Assembly: GCA_963730935.1 (NCBI GenBank)
Contig: CAVSTP010000004.1
Coordinates: forward strand, 1,312,001-1,376,000
DNA length: 64,000 nt
Source of the DNA: an uncultured Nitrospiraceae bacterium
GTDB lineage: Bacteria > Nitrospirota > Nitrospiria > Nitrospirales > Nitrospiraceae
Direction of reading: 5' to 3'
The translations under genes and the position numbers were made by a program. This document shows positions 62,791-64,000 of the stretch, piece by piece. Under the pieces are notes generated by a model, which saw only the letters and a program-made list of their open reading frames with translations, searched no databases and was not told where the DNA came from. Within the stretch, counting starts at the first letter, position 1, and each line of letters starts with the position of its first letter.

Positions 62791-64000
62791 CTACACGATC
62801 AGGGAGACGATCAGTAGCGCCACAATGTTGATGACTTTAATCATCGGGTTCACCGCCGGACCTGCTGTATCTTTATAAGGATCGCCCACGGTGTCGCCGG
62901 TGACGGCGGCCTTGTGCGTCTCACTGCCCTTCTTGCCCTGCTCCTCGATGAATTTCTTCGCATTGTCCCACGCGCCGCCGCCGCTCGTCATCGAGATCGC
63001 GACAAACAGGCCAGTGACAATGCTGCCGACCAGCACCCCGCCGAGCGCTTGGGGTCCGAGGACCACGCCGACGATCACGGGCGACAGGACAGGGATCAAT
63101 CCGGGGATCATCATTTTTTGGATGGCGGCCTGGGTGACGATATCGACGCACGTAGCGTAATCCGGTTTGCCCGTGCCTTCCATGATGCCCTTGATCGTAC
63201 GGAACTGCCGCCGCACTTCTTCGACGATCAATCCCCCCGCTTCACCAACCGCTTTCATGCAGAGGGCACCGAAAATAAACGGCAGCATGCCGCCCAGAAA
63301 CAGTCCCACCAGCACCTTCGGATTAGACAAGTCGAAGGCCGCTAATGCCGGATTGTGCGCGGCCACTTCACGGGAATACTCCGCAAAGAGCACGACGGCC
63401 GCAAGACCGGCGGAGCCGATGGCATATCCCTTCGTCACCGCCTTGGTGGTATTGCCGACCGCATCGAGCGGATCGGTAATATCTCTGACCGCCTTGCCCA
63501 GATGGGCCATCTCTGCGATGCCGCCGGCATTGTCCGTGATTGGACCGAACGCATCGATTGCCACGACGATTCCCGCCATCGACAACATCGATACGGCCGC
63601 CACGGCCACGCCATAGAGTCCCCCGGATTCGGCACCGCCGCAGATCCAAAAACTGCCGAGGATCGACGACGCGATGACCACGACAGGAGCCGCCGTGGCC
63701 TGCATGCCGACCGCGAGCCCGGCGATGATATTGGTCGCATGACCCGTCTCACTCGCTTTGGCAATGTATTGGACCGGCCAGTAGCTCTTTGACGTGTAAT
63801 AGTCGGTAATGAACACCAGTGCCAAGGTCACGACCAGGCCAACTAAAGCAGCAAGGTAATAGTCGAGCCCGCTTACGCCACCCACGCCATCCATGATTCG
63901 CGTGGTCACCGGATAGAACGCAACAGCCGCGATGCCGCCCGCTACGAACAGTCCTTTATAGAGTGCTGGCATGATTCCGCCGCCCGGACTCACCTTCACA
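62791..64000 (-). CDS. hppA: Membrane-bound H+-translocating pyrophosphatase (C-terminal part; start lies beyond the window)
   Basis: [47 protein letters not shown]. The Lys in GNTTKA indicates the K+-independent type. Confidence 0.95.
   Translation of the reverse strand, partial: VKVSPGGGIMPALYKGLFVAGGIAAVAFYPVTTRIMDGVGGVSGLDYYLAALVGLVVTLALVFITDYYTSKSYWPVQYIAKASETGHATNIIAGLAVGMQATAAPVVVIASSILGSFWICGGAESGGLYGVAVAAVSMLSMAGIVVAIDAFGPITDNAGGIAEMAHLGKAVRDITDPLDAVGNTTKAVTKGYAIGSAGLAAVVLFAEYSREVAAHNPALAAFDLSNPKVLVGLFLGGMLPFIFGALCMKAVGEAGGLIVEEVRRQFRTIKGIMEGTGKPDYATCVDIVTQAAIQKMMIPGLIPVLSPVIVGVVLGPQALGGVLVGSIVTGLFVAISMTSGGGAWDNAKKFIEEQGKKGSETHKAAVTGDTVGDPYKDTAGPAVNPMIKVINIVALLIVSLIV

Overview
A 64 kb GC-rich, gene-dense core-chromosome window, most consistent with a Nitrospira-like (Nitrospirota) diderm bacterium. 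That taxonomy is inferred from the gene combination (BamA/TolC, a Pup-proteasome system, SmbP) and is not verified. It carries bamA (partial), galU-lon-thiL, an arc-dop-prcB-prcA-pafA Pup-proteasome cluster, thiS-thiG-thiE/tenI, the ffh-rpsP-rimM-trmD-rplS-rnhB-yraN-ftsEX-envC-ctpA run, uvrB, uvrA, an RRM protein plus DEAD-box helicase, several peptidases, an HDAC-pentaheme cytochrome-rhodanese cluster, smbP, bfd, recJ-rel, a stand-alone pup gene and a partial H+-pyrophosphatase. I saw no rRNA, tRNA, CRISPR array, prophage or transposase. The most notable observations are: (1) pup is missing from its canonical slot and sits about 50 kb from it with its own promoter, while pafA has a separate, apparently leaderless promoter; (2) at least seven genes show leaderless-mRNA promoter geometry; (3) the ffh leader holds a terminator/antiterminator pair; (4) a long structured 5' leader precedes the RRM/DEAD-box pair; (5) ThiS has a C-terminal extension masking its di-glycine end. 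Functions are assigned by motif recognition only; no searches were run.
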